Shown: in pieces, positions 36,017 to 45,192 of the stretch
How the letters are laid out: each line of letters begins with the position of its first letter
Numbering within the stretch: the first letter of the stretch is position 1
NCBI GenBank assembly: GCA_903842795.1
Contig: CAIMNJ010000018.1
Coordinates: forward strand, 3,246-67,245
Direction of reading: 5' to 3'
DNA length: 64,000 nucleotides
From: an uncultured bacterium
GTDB lineage: Bacteria > Patescibacteriota > Microgenomatia > UBA1400 > PJMF01
Program-made: the position numbers and the translations under genes
Notes under the pieces: generated by a model
The model's database searches: none
Told to the model about the DNA's origin: nothing
The model's input: the letters and a program-made list of their open reading frames with translations, nothing else

Positions 36017-37426
36017 TTAGCCAACACTCCCTTCCATCTCTAATTCAATTAAACGATTTAGCTCAACAGCATATTCAAGTGGCAACTCTTTAACAATCGG
36101 TTCGATAAAACCTGCCACTAAAAGCGTCATTGCTTCTATCTTATTCAATCCTCGACTCATTAAATAGAATAGTTTTTCTTCTTCAATCTCACTTACTGAG
36201 GCCTCGTGTGCAACGCTTGCATTATCACCTGCAATTTTCATATCAGGATAAGTTGCTGTAGCAGATTTGCTGTCCAAAATCAAAGCATCACACTCTACTT
36301 TACTTTTACTATTACTTGCTGCCTTGGAAACATAAACTAAACCACGATAATTACTTCTCCCACCAGCTATACTAACTGATTTGGCAATTATTTTAGAAGA
36401 AGTATTTTTAGCCAAATGTAGCATTTTTGCACCAGTATCTTGGATCTGGTTGTTTTTAGCATAAGCAATGGAAAGCATTTCTCCATAAGCACCTTCTTCA
36501 ACTAAAAAACAACTAGGGTATTTCATGGTGGTTTTTGCACCCAAATTACCATCTACCCATTCCATCACACCATCAGCAAAGACCTTAGCTCTTTTTGTTA
36601 CCAAGTTATAAATATTGCCTGACCAATTTTGAATTGTAGTATAACGAAAACGAGCATTTCTTTTGACAAAAACTTCCACGACTGCCGCATGCAAAGAATA
36701 TTCACTGTAAACAGGTGCCGTACAACCTTCCACATAATGAGCATTTGAGCCTTCATCAGCAATAATTAAAGTTCTTTCAAACTGACCCATTCTGGCAGCA
36801 TTGATACGAAAATAGCTCTGTAAAGGTCTTTTAACATGTGTATTTGGAGGAATATATACAAAGGAACCTCCAGACCAAGCTGCACTATTTAGAGCAGCAA
36901 ATTTATTATCGGCAGCTGGAACTAATTTGGCAAAATATTCTTTAAAAAGATCTTCATGTTTTTGTAATGCCTCTTCCATTGAGCAAAAAATAATTCCTTG
37001 CTCATCCAATTCTTTTTGCAAAGAAGAATAAGCTACTTCACTATTGTATTGAGCTTTAACTCCAGCCAAGAAATCTCTTTCTGCTTGTGGAACGCCCAAA
37101 CGATCAAAAGTATCTTTAATTTCTTTTGGGACGTCATTCCAAGTTCTTTTCTCTATGTCAGTATCCTTAATAAAATAACGAATTTTATCAAAATCTATTT
37201 CTTCCAAACTTGGCCCCCAATTTGGCATTTTCTTTTGATAAAAAGTTTGGAGAGATTGCAAGCGAAATTCCTTCATCCAAGTAGGCTCTTGCTTAGCATC
37301 TGAGATGGCTGCAATAACTTTTTCTGATAAACCAAAACCGAAATTAATCAAAGATTTCTCAGGCATAGAGAAACCAAAGCGGTCGGCGTAGGCATCGTTC
37401 AATTTCTTTAAATTGCTTTTTTTCAT
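36017..37426 (-). CDS. sufB: Fe-S cluster assembly protein SufB
   Basis: GQFERTLII, YVEGCTAP, SLHAAVVE, TMKYPS, CDAL, HEASVS and ELPLEYAVE motifs. Confidence 0.97.
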   Translation of the reverse strand: MKKSNLKKLNDAYADRFGFSMPEKSLINFGFGLSEKVIAAISDAKQEPTWMKEFRLQSLQTFYQKKMPNWGPSLEEIDFDKIRYFIKDTDIEKRTWNDVPKEIKDTFDRLGVPQAERDFLAGVKAQYNSEVAYSSLQKELDEQGIIFCSMEEALQKHEDLFKEYFAKLVPAADNKFAALNSAAWSGGSFVYIPPNTHVKRPLQSYFRINAARMGQFERTLIIADEGSNAHYVEGCTAPVYSEYSLHAAVVEVFVKRNARFRYTTIQNWSGNIYNLVTKRAKVFADGVMEWVDGNLGAKTTMKYPSCFLVEEGAYGEMLSIAYAKNNQIQDTGAKMLHLAKNTSSKIIAKSVSIAGGRSNYRGLVYVSKAASNSKSKVECDALILDSKSATATYPDMKIAGDNASVAHEASVSEIEEEKLFYLMSRGLNKIEAMTLLVAGFIEPIVKELPLEYAVELNRLIELEMEGSVG

Positions 37427-37429
37427 AAG

Positions 37430-38161
37430 TTATTTTTTTAAGAAACTTGCGAAACCCTTATTTTCAATATCTGTTACCAAAGAAGCATCGCCTTCTTTAA
37501 TAATTTTTCCACTACTTAGTAGGTGAACAAAATCAATTTCTAAAAATTTTAAAATTCTGGAATAGTGAGTAATTAATAAAACAGAACTTTGTTTTTCTTT
37601 TTTAAGAAAATTAACTGCTTTAGCCACTACTTCAATCGCATCAACATCTAAACCACTGTCAATTTCATCTAAAATAATCAGCTTTGGTTCTAAAATTAGC
37701 ATTTGTAAAATTTCCATCTTCTTTTTTTCACCACCAGAAAAACCATGATTCAAAGAGCGTTTGATGAAATCCTCATTAAAATTAAGAATTTCCATCCTTT
37801 CCTTAAGAAACTCTTTAAACTTAATTGGAGTTAGTTTTTTTTCATGACTCTTTTTATAAAGTAGTTTTAGGTAATCGTAAATTTTGACTCCAGGAATTTC
37901 CAAAATTTGCTGAAATGATAAAAATATTCCAAGAGCTGCTCTTTGCTGTGGATCAAGAATAAGCAAATCATGAGAGTTAAAATTAATTTCACCTTTAACT
38001 AAATAATTCGGATTGCCCATGATACTTTGTGCAAGAGTGCTTTTACCAGCTCCGTTTTGACCCATGAGAATATGGGTTTCACCACTTTTTACAGATAGAT
38101 CAATTTTATCCAAAATATTTTTTTTATTTAAAGAAACTTGAAGATTTTTTATTTTTAACAC
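37430..38161 (-). CDS. sufC: Fe-S cluster assembly ATPase SufC
   Basis: GQNGAGKST, GFSGGEKKK, LDEIDSGLD and ITHY motifs. Confidence 0.96.
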   Translation of the reverse strand: MLKIKNLQVSLNKKNILDKIDLSVKSGETHILMGQNGAGKSTLAQSIMGNPNYLVKGEINFNSHDLLILDPQQRAALGIFLSFQQILEIPGVKIYDYLKLLYKKSHEKKLTPIKFKEFLKERMEILNFNEDFIKRSLNHGFSGGEKKKMEILQMLILEPKLIILDEIDSGLDVDAIEVVAKAVNFLKKEKQSSVLLITHYSRILKFLEIDFVHLLSSGKIIKEGDASLVTDIENKGFASFLKK

Positions 38162-38178
38162 GGAAGTCCTTTGTTGAG

Positions 38179-38469
38179 TTATCTATTAAAATCCATTTGT
38201 TTAAGCATGCAAATTTTATTATTTTGTGGACATTCTTTATTTACATCATAAAAAATTTCCTTGCCGACTCTTTTTTTTGAAAGAAGACCAGCTTCTTGCA
38301 TGTTTTTTAAATGATAAGAAATTGTTGGCTGGCTAAGCGAAGTTTGTTCTACTATCTCAGAAACAGTTTTTGCTCCAGAATCTTTCAAAAATAGAAAAAC
38401 TTTCATGCGAGAATCTACCGCTAAATTGCTAAAACAGTGGCTACAATGCGAATGCGAATTGGTGTTCAT
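38179..38469 (-). CDS. ArsR-family regulator heading the suf operon, with Cys/His-rich termini
   Basis: SQPTISYHL HTH, N-terminal HSHCSHC and C-terminal CPQNNKIC. Confidence 0.88.
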   Translation of the reverse strand: MNTNSHSHCSHCFSNLAVDSRMKVFLFLKDSGAKTVSEIVEQTSLSQPTISYHLKNMQEAGLLSKKRVGKEIFYDVNKECPQNNKICMLKQMDFNR

Positions 38470-38495
38470 AACATATAGATCATAATCTATATGTT
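38470..38495 (-). promoter_or_regulatory. Probable operator of the suf operon
   Basis: Perfect 11-bp inverted repeat AACATATAGAT-N4-ATCTATATGTT abutting the ArsR start codon and containing a minus-strand TATGAT -10. Confidence 0.8.
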
Positions 38496-38566
38496 GTCAT
38501 ATTTCAAGATACAGCAAAATAATTTTTGTTACACTTTTTGCAACTAATCAATATAAAAATATCACT

Positions 38567-39271
38567 ATGCTTATTAATGAAATTCATCCAAATCCAGAGT
38601 CTGGGAGTGAGTGGATTGAGTTTTATGCAAACGAGCAGATAAGTGAAAATTTTAATTTAAACAATTACACCATTTTTGACAGTTACCATCAAATTTATAA
38701 ATTTAGTAACGAAAAATTTAGCAATCAAATTCTAGTTGTGGAAGTTAGTGGCTTAAATAACGACCAAGATAGCGTTATTCTCAAAGATCCAAATGGCAAT
38801 ATCATTGATTCCTTTTCATACACACAAACACAAAAGGGATTTAGTTTTGCAAGAAGTATTGCAACAAATATTTTTGCAATTGAAACTCCCAGTCGCAATC
38901 AAACCAATCCAGAAAAAGAAATCAGCATTAGTCCAAGCATCACCGCAACAAATAGCTCACCTACAGATCCTAGTCCATCTTCTTCATCAATAACTCAAGC
39001 TAAAATCGCAAACCAAACCAAAGAAACAGATGATGCTCAAATCAATTTAAAAAAAGAAACAAAAATAAAATCCAGCAATTTCAATTATGATCTTAATAAA
39101 ATTCAACTACTTGCTCAAGAAAAAGAATTCACTGATAGAAGAATTCGTTTAGTTTTTTTAGGACAAAATCAGGGACAAGTAAACATCATTAATGCTATAA
39201 TTGGAAGTTCTTTGGTTGTTTTTTGTTCTTTTTTTCTGCTCTATGTCAAAATTAAAAATAGACATCATTAA
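38567..39271 (+). CDS. Lamin-tail-domain surface protein with Ser/Pro/Thr linker and C-terminal TM
   Basis: INEIHPNP...EWIEFY...LNNDQDSVILKD...IDSFSY motif and a hydrophobic C-terminus. Confidence 0.8.
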   Translation: MLINEIHPNPESGSEWIEFYANEQISENFNLNNYTIFDSYHQIYKFSNEKFSNQILVVEVSGLNNDQDSVILKDPNGNIIDSFSYTQTQKGFSFARSIATNIFAIETPSRNQTNPEKEISISPSITATNSSPTDPSPSSSSITQAKIANQTKETDDAQINLKKETKIKSSNFNYDLNKIQLLAQEKEFTDRRIRLVFLGQNQGQVNIINAIIGSSLVVFCSFFLLYVKIKNRHH

Positions 39272-39632
39272 AAAATATTTATCAGCTTATTTACCAGTTC
39301 TAGTTTGGGCATATTTAATCTTCTTTTTATCAGCTCAATCATCTTTGCCTGGATTCAAAGAATCAACTTTTGAATTTATTTTCAAAAAAAGTGCTCACAT
39401 GTTTGTCTATGCTGTTCTGTACAGTTTACTGTTTAGAGCAAGATTAAAAACCACTGACAATAAAATAACTAAAAAAACATATTTATTCCCAATTTTATTT
39501 AGCTTCCTTTATGCTATTTCTGATGAACTACACCAAAGCACTGTCGCTGGCAGACATCCCACCATTAGAGATGTTGGTTTTGATATGCTTGGAGTCTCAA
39601 CTGTCTTGTTATATCAACTAAAATTCACTTAA
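39243..39632 (+). CDS. VanZ family membrane protein
   Basis: LIFFLSAQ, KKSAHMFVY and YAISDELHQ..V.GR....D...D..G motifs. ATG 39243 preferred. Confidence 0.88.
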   Translation: MSKLKIDIIKKYLSAYLPVLVWAYLIFFLSAQSSLPGFKESTFEFIFKKSAHMFVYAVLYSLLFRARLKTTDNKITKKTYLFPILFSFLYAISDELHQSTVAGRHPTIRDVGFDMLGVSTVLLYQLKFT

Positions 39633-39719
39633 TTACTCATTGACTTACTAAATCAAAATAGTACACTTGGAATAATATTTAACACGGTTCACAAGAGCCA
39701 TTATTTATAGAAAGGTGCT

Positions 39720-39995
39720 ATGACTAAGTCAGACTTGATTAATGTCGTTGCCAAAAAAGCCCATCTCACAAAAAAAGCTTCCCTCGAAGCAGTGGAGTCA
39801 ATGTTCGAAGAAGTTATCCGTAGCTTAAAAAAGGGCGATAAAGTTGTTCTTTCAGGCTTTGGCACCTTCTATATTAGCAAAGTCAAAGATAAGCACGTTG
39901 AGCCTTTTGGCGACAAAGCTAAGAGACAAGTAGTCAAAGGACACAAGGTTATCAATTTCCGTGTTGGCAAACCTCTTAAAAAAGAGATTTGGTAG
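39720..39995 (+). CDS. hup: DNA-binding protein HU
   Basis: MTKSDLI, VVLSGFGTF and FRVGKPLK motifs. Confidence 0.9.
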   Translation: MTKSDLINVVAKKAHLTKKASLEAVESMFEEVIRSLKKGDKVVLSGFGTFYISKVKDKHVEPFGDKAKRQVVKGHKVINFRVGKPLKKEIW

Positions 39996-40014
39996 TCTCT
40001 ATCAATTAAAAACC

Positions 40015-40043
40015 AAAAACCCGCTTGAAAAAGCGGGTTTTTT
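40015..40043. terminator. Bidirectional terminator between hup and rpsI
   Basis: AAAAACCCGCTT-GAAA-AAGCGGGTTTTTT between convergent genes. Confidence 0.9.
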
Positions 40044-40066
40044 AATTTTAAAAAAATAAAACAAGT

Positions 40067-40582
40067 TTAACGTTTTGGAGATTGACGTTTTCTTCTAGCT
40101 TTACCACCCATACCCATTTTTCTGGTTTCTTTCATTCTGTCATCTCTGGTCAATAAACCAGCTGGCTTCAAGAAAGTGCGGAATTCTGGGTTAAAAGCAA
40201 CTAAAGCCTTGGCTAAACCATTCACAAAAGCTTCCAATTGAGCAGCTACACCAGAACCATTAATTTTGGCGGTAACTGAGAATTTACCTTTAGTACCAGT
40301 TAATTCGAAAGGCTTCATATAAACTGATGGAGCATTTCTCACTCCAGCAAAATATTCAGAAACAAGTGAATTATTAATTACAAAATCACCTTGACCTTCA
40401 TAAATACGAACTCTAGCAATGGCAACTTTACGACGACCAACAGCTTCAACAAACTTACTTTTAGCAATTTTAAAATTTTTTTCTGGTTCAGCTGCTTTTT
40501 TCTTACTAGAAGTCACTGGAGTAATAATCTTTTTAATTACCTTTTTGGCTTTAGTATTTTTCTTGTTCATTCTTATTGCCAT
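40067..40582 (-). CDS. rpsI: 30S ribosomal protein S9 with Lys-rich N-terminal extension
   Basis: VGRRKVAIARV, LLTRDDRMKE and RQSPKR motifs. Confidence 0.97.
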   Translation of the reverse strand: MAIRMNKKNTKAKKVIKKIITPVTSSKKKAAEPEKNFKIAKSKFVEAVGRRKVAIARVRIYEGQGDFVINNSLVSEYFAGVRNAPSVYMKPFELTGTKGKFSVTAKINGSGVAAQLEAFVNGLAKALVAFNPEFRTFLKPAGLLTRDDRMKETRKMGMGGKARRKRQSPKR

Positions 40583-40583
40583 A

Positions 40584-41015
40584 TTATTTAGCCTTTATCA
40601 TTCCTTGATATGGATTTTCACTACCAACAATAACTTTCAGTCTGTTTAATCTGATGTCGCGCAATTTATTTTTTGGCAACATGTTTTTGACAGCTCTTTT
40701 AATTAATTTTTCTGGGTTTCTAGACATCATTTCAGAAAAATTACGCTGTCTAAGTCCACCTGGAAAACCAGTGTTCCAAGAGTAAACTTTTTTCAAAGCT
40801 TTGTCTTTGGTAACTTCAATTTTTTCAGCATTGATCAAAACAACATAATCACCACCATCAACATTTGGAGTATAAGTGGTTTTATCTTTGCCAATTAATT
40901 TCTCAGCAATTTCAGTAGCTAATCTACCGAGTACTTTGCCAGAAGCATCATAAAGCAACCAATCTCTTTTAACTTCTTCTTTCTTTTGTATAAAAGATTT
41001 AAATTTTTGAAACAT
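40584..41015 (-). CDS. rplM: 50S ribosomal protein L13
   Basis: LGRLAT, GDYVVLINA and MLPKN motifs. Confidence 0.97.
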   Translation of the reverse strand: MFQKFKSFIQKKEEVKRDWLLYDASGKVLGRLATEIAEKLIGKDKTTYTPNVDGGDYVVLINAEKIEVTKDKALKKVYSWNTGFPGGLRQRNFSEMMSRNPEKLIKRAVKNMLPKNKLRDIRLNRLKVIVGSENPYQGMIKAK

Positions 41016-41530
41016 TATTTGGTCTCCTCTGATTTTTTAGCTTTTTTGGAAGGAGCCTTAGCAGCAACCTTTTTAACGGCAGCTTTTTTCTCAACTGGCT
41101 TATCAGCTTTTACAGCTTTAACTTCAGTTTTGGTAGCAGCAACTTTTTCTTTTTTCAAAGAAGTGAGTTTGTTATCACCAATGAGTAAAGATAATTTATA
41201 AAGAACAGTACCATCACCGCGTCTGGCAGCCATTTTTTCCAAAGAGGAAAAGCCGGATTTTTTACTACCAAACATTGGAGCAATTTTATCTACCAAAGCA
41301 TTGACAACATCTCTTCTACCAAAAACTTTGTGCAAATCTCTACGAGCAGCCAAAGTATTCTTTTGAGCAGTAGAAATCATCTTGTCAGATAATCTCTTGA
41401 TTTCTTTGGTTCTACTTTCACTACTTTTAATTTCACCGTGTTCAAAAAGATCACGCAAAAGATTCTTCAATAAAGCCTTGCGACTTTTGACGTCTCTATT
41501 GAAATGTTTAGCTTTTACTCTATGTTTCAT
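41015..41530 (-). CDS. rplQ: 50S ribosomal protein L17 with Lys/Ala-rich tail
   Basis: MKHR...RKALLKNL and RRGDG motifs. Follows rpoA. Confidence 0.95.
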   Translation of the reverse strand: MKHRVKAKHFNRDVKSRKALLKNLLRDLFEHGEIKSSESRTKEIKRLSDKMISTAQKNTLAARRDLHKVFGRRDVVNALVDKIAPMFGSKKSGFSSLEKMAARRGDGTVLYKLSLLIGDNKLTSLKKEKVAATKTEVKAVKADKPVEKKAAVKKVAAKAPSKKAKKSEETK

Positions 41531-41549
41531 ATTCTACTTTCAAGAAATC

Positions 41550-42464
41550 TTAATCAGTTAAGACGACTCCTTTTTTGCTAAGAGCCTCTTCAATGAGATC
41601 GATACTCTTGCCACCTAAATTCTTAACTCTAGAAATTTCATCTTTTGGAGATCTGGTAAGATCAGCAACAGTTTCAAAACCACCTTTACGAAGAGCATTG
41701 GCAATTCTGGTTGGCAAATCAAGCTCTTCAACAGTCAATTTCATGGTCTCAATTTCTTCTGGACTCATGCTGGTCAATTCTTCTTTGACTTCTTTAACAA
41801 CTGGGTTAACAATTTGAGTAAATTGCTTGATTAAAATCTCAGAAGCCAATTTAATAGCTTCTATAGGAGAAATAGTACCATCAGTTTCGATATCAAAAAC
41901 AATCTTATCGAAGTCAGTACGACGACCAACACGAGTGGCCTCAACTTTATAAGAAACTTTGATAACTGGGGAAAAGAGTGAATCTATGGCAATTTGACCA
42001 ACAGCTTCAGTCTCAGTTTCTGAAGCGAGCTTATAGCCAACTCCAGATTCCACCACCATCTCAATGTCTAAATTTTTGCCTTTAGCTAAAGTAGCTAAGT
42101 ACAAATCTTTATTGACTATTTCAAAACCAGCTTCACATTCAACATCAGCAGCGGTAACCTCTTTGGCACCTTTAACATTTAAGCGTAAAATGCCTGATTC
42201 AGCACCTTCTGACTTAATACGAATTTGCTTTAAGTTTAGAATCAACTCAACAACATCTTCGGTCATTCCTTCAAAAGAAGTAAATTGGTGAGTTACACCA
42301 TCAATACTAATTTTGGTAATAGCTGTACCTGGCAAAGAAGTGAGTAAAACTCTGCGAAGAGCATTACCAAGAGTGTGGCCATAACCACTCTCCAAAGCCT
42401 CGACCACAATAGTGGAACGAGAGGCACTAGCTTCTACTTCAACCACAGTAAAGTTTGGATTCAT
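41550..42464 (-). CDS. rpoA: RNA polymerase subunit alpha
   Basis: GYGHTLGNALRRVLL, IDSLFSPV and KNLGGKS motifs. Start uncertain, with ATGs at 42464, 42494 and 42512. Confidence 0.96.
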   Translation of the reverse strand: MNPNFTVVEVEASASRSTIVVEALESGYGHTLGNALRRVLLTSLPGTAITKISIDGVTHQFTSFEGMTEDVVELILNLKQIRIKSEGAESGILRLNVKGAKEVTAADVECEAGFEIVNKDLYLATLAKGKNLDIEMVVESGVGYKLASETETEAVGQIAIDSLFSPVIKVSYKVEATRVGRRTDFDKIVFDIETDGTISPIEAIKLASEILIKQFTQIVNPVVKEVKEELTSMSPEEIETMKLTVEELDLPTRIANALRKGGFETVADLTRSPKDEISRVKNLGGKSIDLIEEALSKKGVVLTD

Positions 42465-42550
42465 GACTGCGTAATTTTTGATTGTTTTTGGCATTTTTTT
42501 CCTTTGTTTCATCTCCTTCGTTGCCGAAGAATCCGTTTCCGTAATTTTTA

Positions 42551-43156
42551 TTATCTGTTGTAATACTCGACGATTAATTGTTCTTCAATTTTTTCAGTAA
42601 TATCTTCTCTGACTGGCAATTTGGCAATGTGAGCAGCACCGTTTTTGGCTTCTAACCAAGCTGGTAAATGAGCTTCTTGCTTCATAGCTTCAGCCACAAC
42701 TGGGATTTTGGCGGTTTTGGCTTTCATGGCCAAAACATCACCCACATGCACCTGATAAGAAGGAATATTCATTTTTTTACCATTCAAAGTGAAGTGGTTG
42801 TGATTGACTAATTGTCTTGCAGCGGCTCTAGTTGGAGCCCAACCCAAACGATAAACAACGTTATCGAATCTTCTCTCTAAGAAACTAAGCATAGCAGTAC
42901 CAGTAGCAGCTGGATTCTTACTAGCTTCTTCATAAACAGCTCTGAGTTGTTTTTCAAGAACACCATAAATGTACTTTAATTTTTGTTTTTCTTTGAGCTG
43001 AATACCAAAGTTAGAAAGTTTACGACGACCTTTAGCACCATGTTGACCTGGTCTATTAGCCAATCTACGAGCAGTTTTGAGAGCATTGGTCTTAAGACCC
43101 AAATCCTCGCCAATTTGTCTCTGTAATCTTTGTTTTGGGCCAATATATCTTGCCAT
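42551..43156 (-). CDS. rpsD: 30S ribosomal protein S4
   Basis: MARYIGP, QLKEKQK, LERRFDNVVYR and IVEYYNR motifs. Confidence 0.98.
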   Translation of the reverse strand: MARYIGPKQRLQRQIGEDLGLKTNALKTARRLANRPGQHGAKGRRKLSNFGIQLKEKQKLKYIYGVLEKQLRAVYEEASKNPAATGTAMLSFLERRFDNVVYRLGWAPTRAAARQLVNHNHFTLNGKKMNIPSYQVHVGDVLAMKAKTAKIPVVAEAMKQEAHLPAWLEAKNGAAHIAKLPVREDITEKIEEQLIVEYYNR

Positions 43157-43157
43157 A

Positions 43158-43547
43158 TTAGTGTCTAGCCTTTCTTGGTCTTGTGCCGTTGTGAGGCACT
43201 GGAGTGAGGTCGGCTATCATGGAAACTTTGATTCCTTGGGCACGCAACACTCTGAGGGCGACATCTCTACCTGGACCTGGGCCCTTGATAAAGACATCCA
43301 TCTTACTCATACCGTAATTTTTAGCTTTATTAATTGCATTTTCCAAAGCGACAGTAGCAGCATAAGGAGTAGATTTACGAGAACCAGAAAAACCAGCTTC
43401 GCCGGTACTTGACCAGCATAAGACTGCTCCCTGTTCATCAGTAATACTCACTAAAGTATTATTAAAAGTAGCACTAACATAGAGTCGTCCAGATGGGACG
43501 ACGCGGCTAGTTTTTTTGGTTTGATTTTTCTTAATTTGTTTGGCCAT
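43158..43547 (-). CDS. rpsK: 30S ribosomal protein S11
   Basis: ATFNNT, KSTPYAA, GPGPGR and TPVPHNG motifs. Confidence 0.98.
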   Translation of the reverse strand: MAKQIKKNQTKKTSRVVPSGRLYVSATFNNTLVSITDEQGAVLCWSSTGEAGFSGSRKSTPYAATVALENAINKAKNYGMSKMDVFIKGPGPGRDVALRVLRAQGIKVSMIADLTPVPHNGTRPRKARH

Positions 43548-43571
43548 AAAACATTAACTTAAATATACTTA

Positions 43572-43973
43572 TTATTTCTTTGCTGGAGCTTCTGCTTTAG
43601 TAGCTGCTTCCTTACTAAGAGCACCAATAGTCTTCTTGGCACCTCTCTTGGTACGAGCATTAGATTTGGTTCTTTGACCTCTGACTGGCAAACCAGCCAT
43701 GTGACGCAAACCGCGGTAAGCGTGAATTCTTTTTAAACGGGAAATGTTATCGTTAATTTCTCTTCTCAAATCACCCTCAATCATGACTTGATCCAAGGCA
43801 GCTTGAATTCTGTTGATTTCTTCAGAAGTTAATTCATTAGCTCTCTTGTCTGGATTGATTTTGGTTTTTTTGACAATATCATCAGCAATTTTTGGACCAA
43901 CGCCAAAAATATAACGCAGTGCATATGGCACTTTCTTATGATCTGGTAAATCTTGACCTGCAATACGTGGCAT
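43572..43973 (-). CDS. rpsM: 30S ribosomal protein S13
   Basis: YRGLRH.AGLPVRGQRTKSNART motif. Confidence 0.98.
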   Translation of the reverse strand: MPRIAGQDLPDHKKVPYALRYIFGVGPKIADDIVKKTKINPDKRANELTSEEINRIQAALDQVMIEGDLRREINDNISRLKRIHAYRGLRHMAGLPVRGQRTKSNARTKRGAKKTIGALSKEAATKAEAPAKK

Positions 43974-43978
43974 AAATA

Positions 43979-44092
43979 TTATCCTTGACGCTGTTTGTGT
44001 TTAGGGTTGGTACAAATAACATACAATTTACCCTTGCGTTTCACAAACTTGCAATTGATGCACATTTTCTTTAATGATGCTTTGACTTTCAT
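43979..44092 (-). CDS. rpmJ: 50S ribosomal protein L36 (too short for the ORF track)
   Basis: Manual translation gives [37 protein letters not shown]. Confidence 0.97.
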   Translation of the reverse strand: MKVKASLKKMCINCKFVKRKGKLYVICTNPKHKQRQG

Positions 44093-44183
44093 AATAATAA
44101 CAACAGGCTTGCAATATACCTCATAAAAGCAATTTTTTAAAGAGGTAATTGCGACTTTAAACCCTACTTTCGCGGATTTAGAT

Positions 44184-44507
44184 TTATACTTTTTCTTTAC
44201 TACTTCGGTAGGTTACTTTGCATTTGCCAAGGTCATATTTGGAAACATAACCTTTAACATAATCACCAGGCATAACTCGAATGCGATAGAGACGCATCTT
44301 GCCAGCCAAAGTACCAAGTAAAGTTCTACCAACCATTTGTGGGGCAGTTGCCTCAGTCACCATAATTCTAAACATGGTATTTGGCAAACAATCCACCACT
44401 TCACCAACAATTTCAAAACGATCAGTCTGACTATCAGCACTATGTAGTGTGAAGTCAACCTGTCGTTTGACTTTTGAGCTTCTTTTATGATCTTGTACTT
44501 TACCCAT
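44184..44507 (-). CDS. infA: Translation initiation factor IF-1 with N-terminal extension
   Basis: [13 protein letters not shown]...[15 protein letters not shown] motif, located before rpmJ. Confidence 0.9.
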   Translation of the reverse strand: MGKVQDHKRSSKVKRQVDFTLHSADSQTDRFEIVGEVVDCLPNTMFRIMVTEATAPQMVGRTLLGTLAGKMRLYRIRVMPGDYVKGYVSKYDLGKCKVTYRSSKEKV

Positions 44508-44598
44508 ATGATTATATTTTCAAAGTAACCGCAATATTATAGCAGATTTTAAAAATAAATCACCCCCAAGCAGACAAAAAGCTGACTAGATGGATAAA

Positions 44599-45162
44599 TT
44601 AATGATTTTTTGCTTGAATGTTCTCAATTTTTTCTACAATTTGCTCAAAAACTTCTTCAACACTCTTTTCTCCATCTACTGCAGCTAAATGCTTGCGAGC
44701 TGCGTAGTAATCCAAAACTTTGGAAGTTTTTTCATGGAAAAGATCAATTCTTTTACGAATAGCTTGTAAAGTTTCATCTTCACGATCACTCACTCTACCA
44801 GAAATTCTCCATAAAGCTTCTTTATCCGATACATCAATCAAAATAGTAATTTCTTGACCCTTGGTAAATTGTTGAAAAGCTTCAGCTTGAGGGACAGTAC
44901 GAGGAAAACCATCGAGAATGAAACCATTAGAATATTCTGGTTTTTGCAAATATTCCATGACGATATCCACGGTTTTATCATCTGGAATTAAGTAACCAGC
45001 ATTGAGAGTTTCTTTTAAGAAACGACCAAGTGGAGTTTTTTCTTTGGCCATTTCACGAAAAACGTGACCAGAAGAAAGATAGGGAATATTATATTTTTCG
45101 GACAAGAGGTTTCCTTGGGTGGATTTGCCAGCCCCTTGAATACCTACCAAGACTAATTGCAT
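44599..45162 (-). CDS. adk: Adenylate kinase, short LID-less type
   Basis: GIQGAGKSTQ, GFILDGFPRT and REDE motifs. Confidence 0.93.
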   Translation of the reverse strand: MQLVLVGIQGAGKSTQGNLLSEKYNIPYLSSGHVFREMAKEKTPLGRFLKETLNAGYLIPDDKTVDIVMEYLQKPEYSNGFILDGFPRTVPQAEAFQQFTKGQEITILIDVSDKEALWRISGRVSDREDETLQAIRKRIDLFHEKTSKVLDYYAARKHLAAVDGEKSVEEVFEQIVEKIENIQAKNH

Positions 45163-45192
45163 ACTGCCTTTCTGCTAATTAAATCTAATAAA

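Noticed and set aside
38486-38566. Upstream signal peptide for the lamin-tail protein via a non-canonical start
   Set aside because: The frame is open and has a short hydrophobic patch (IIFVTLFA), but there is no ATG/GTG/TTG, so it is too weak to call.
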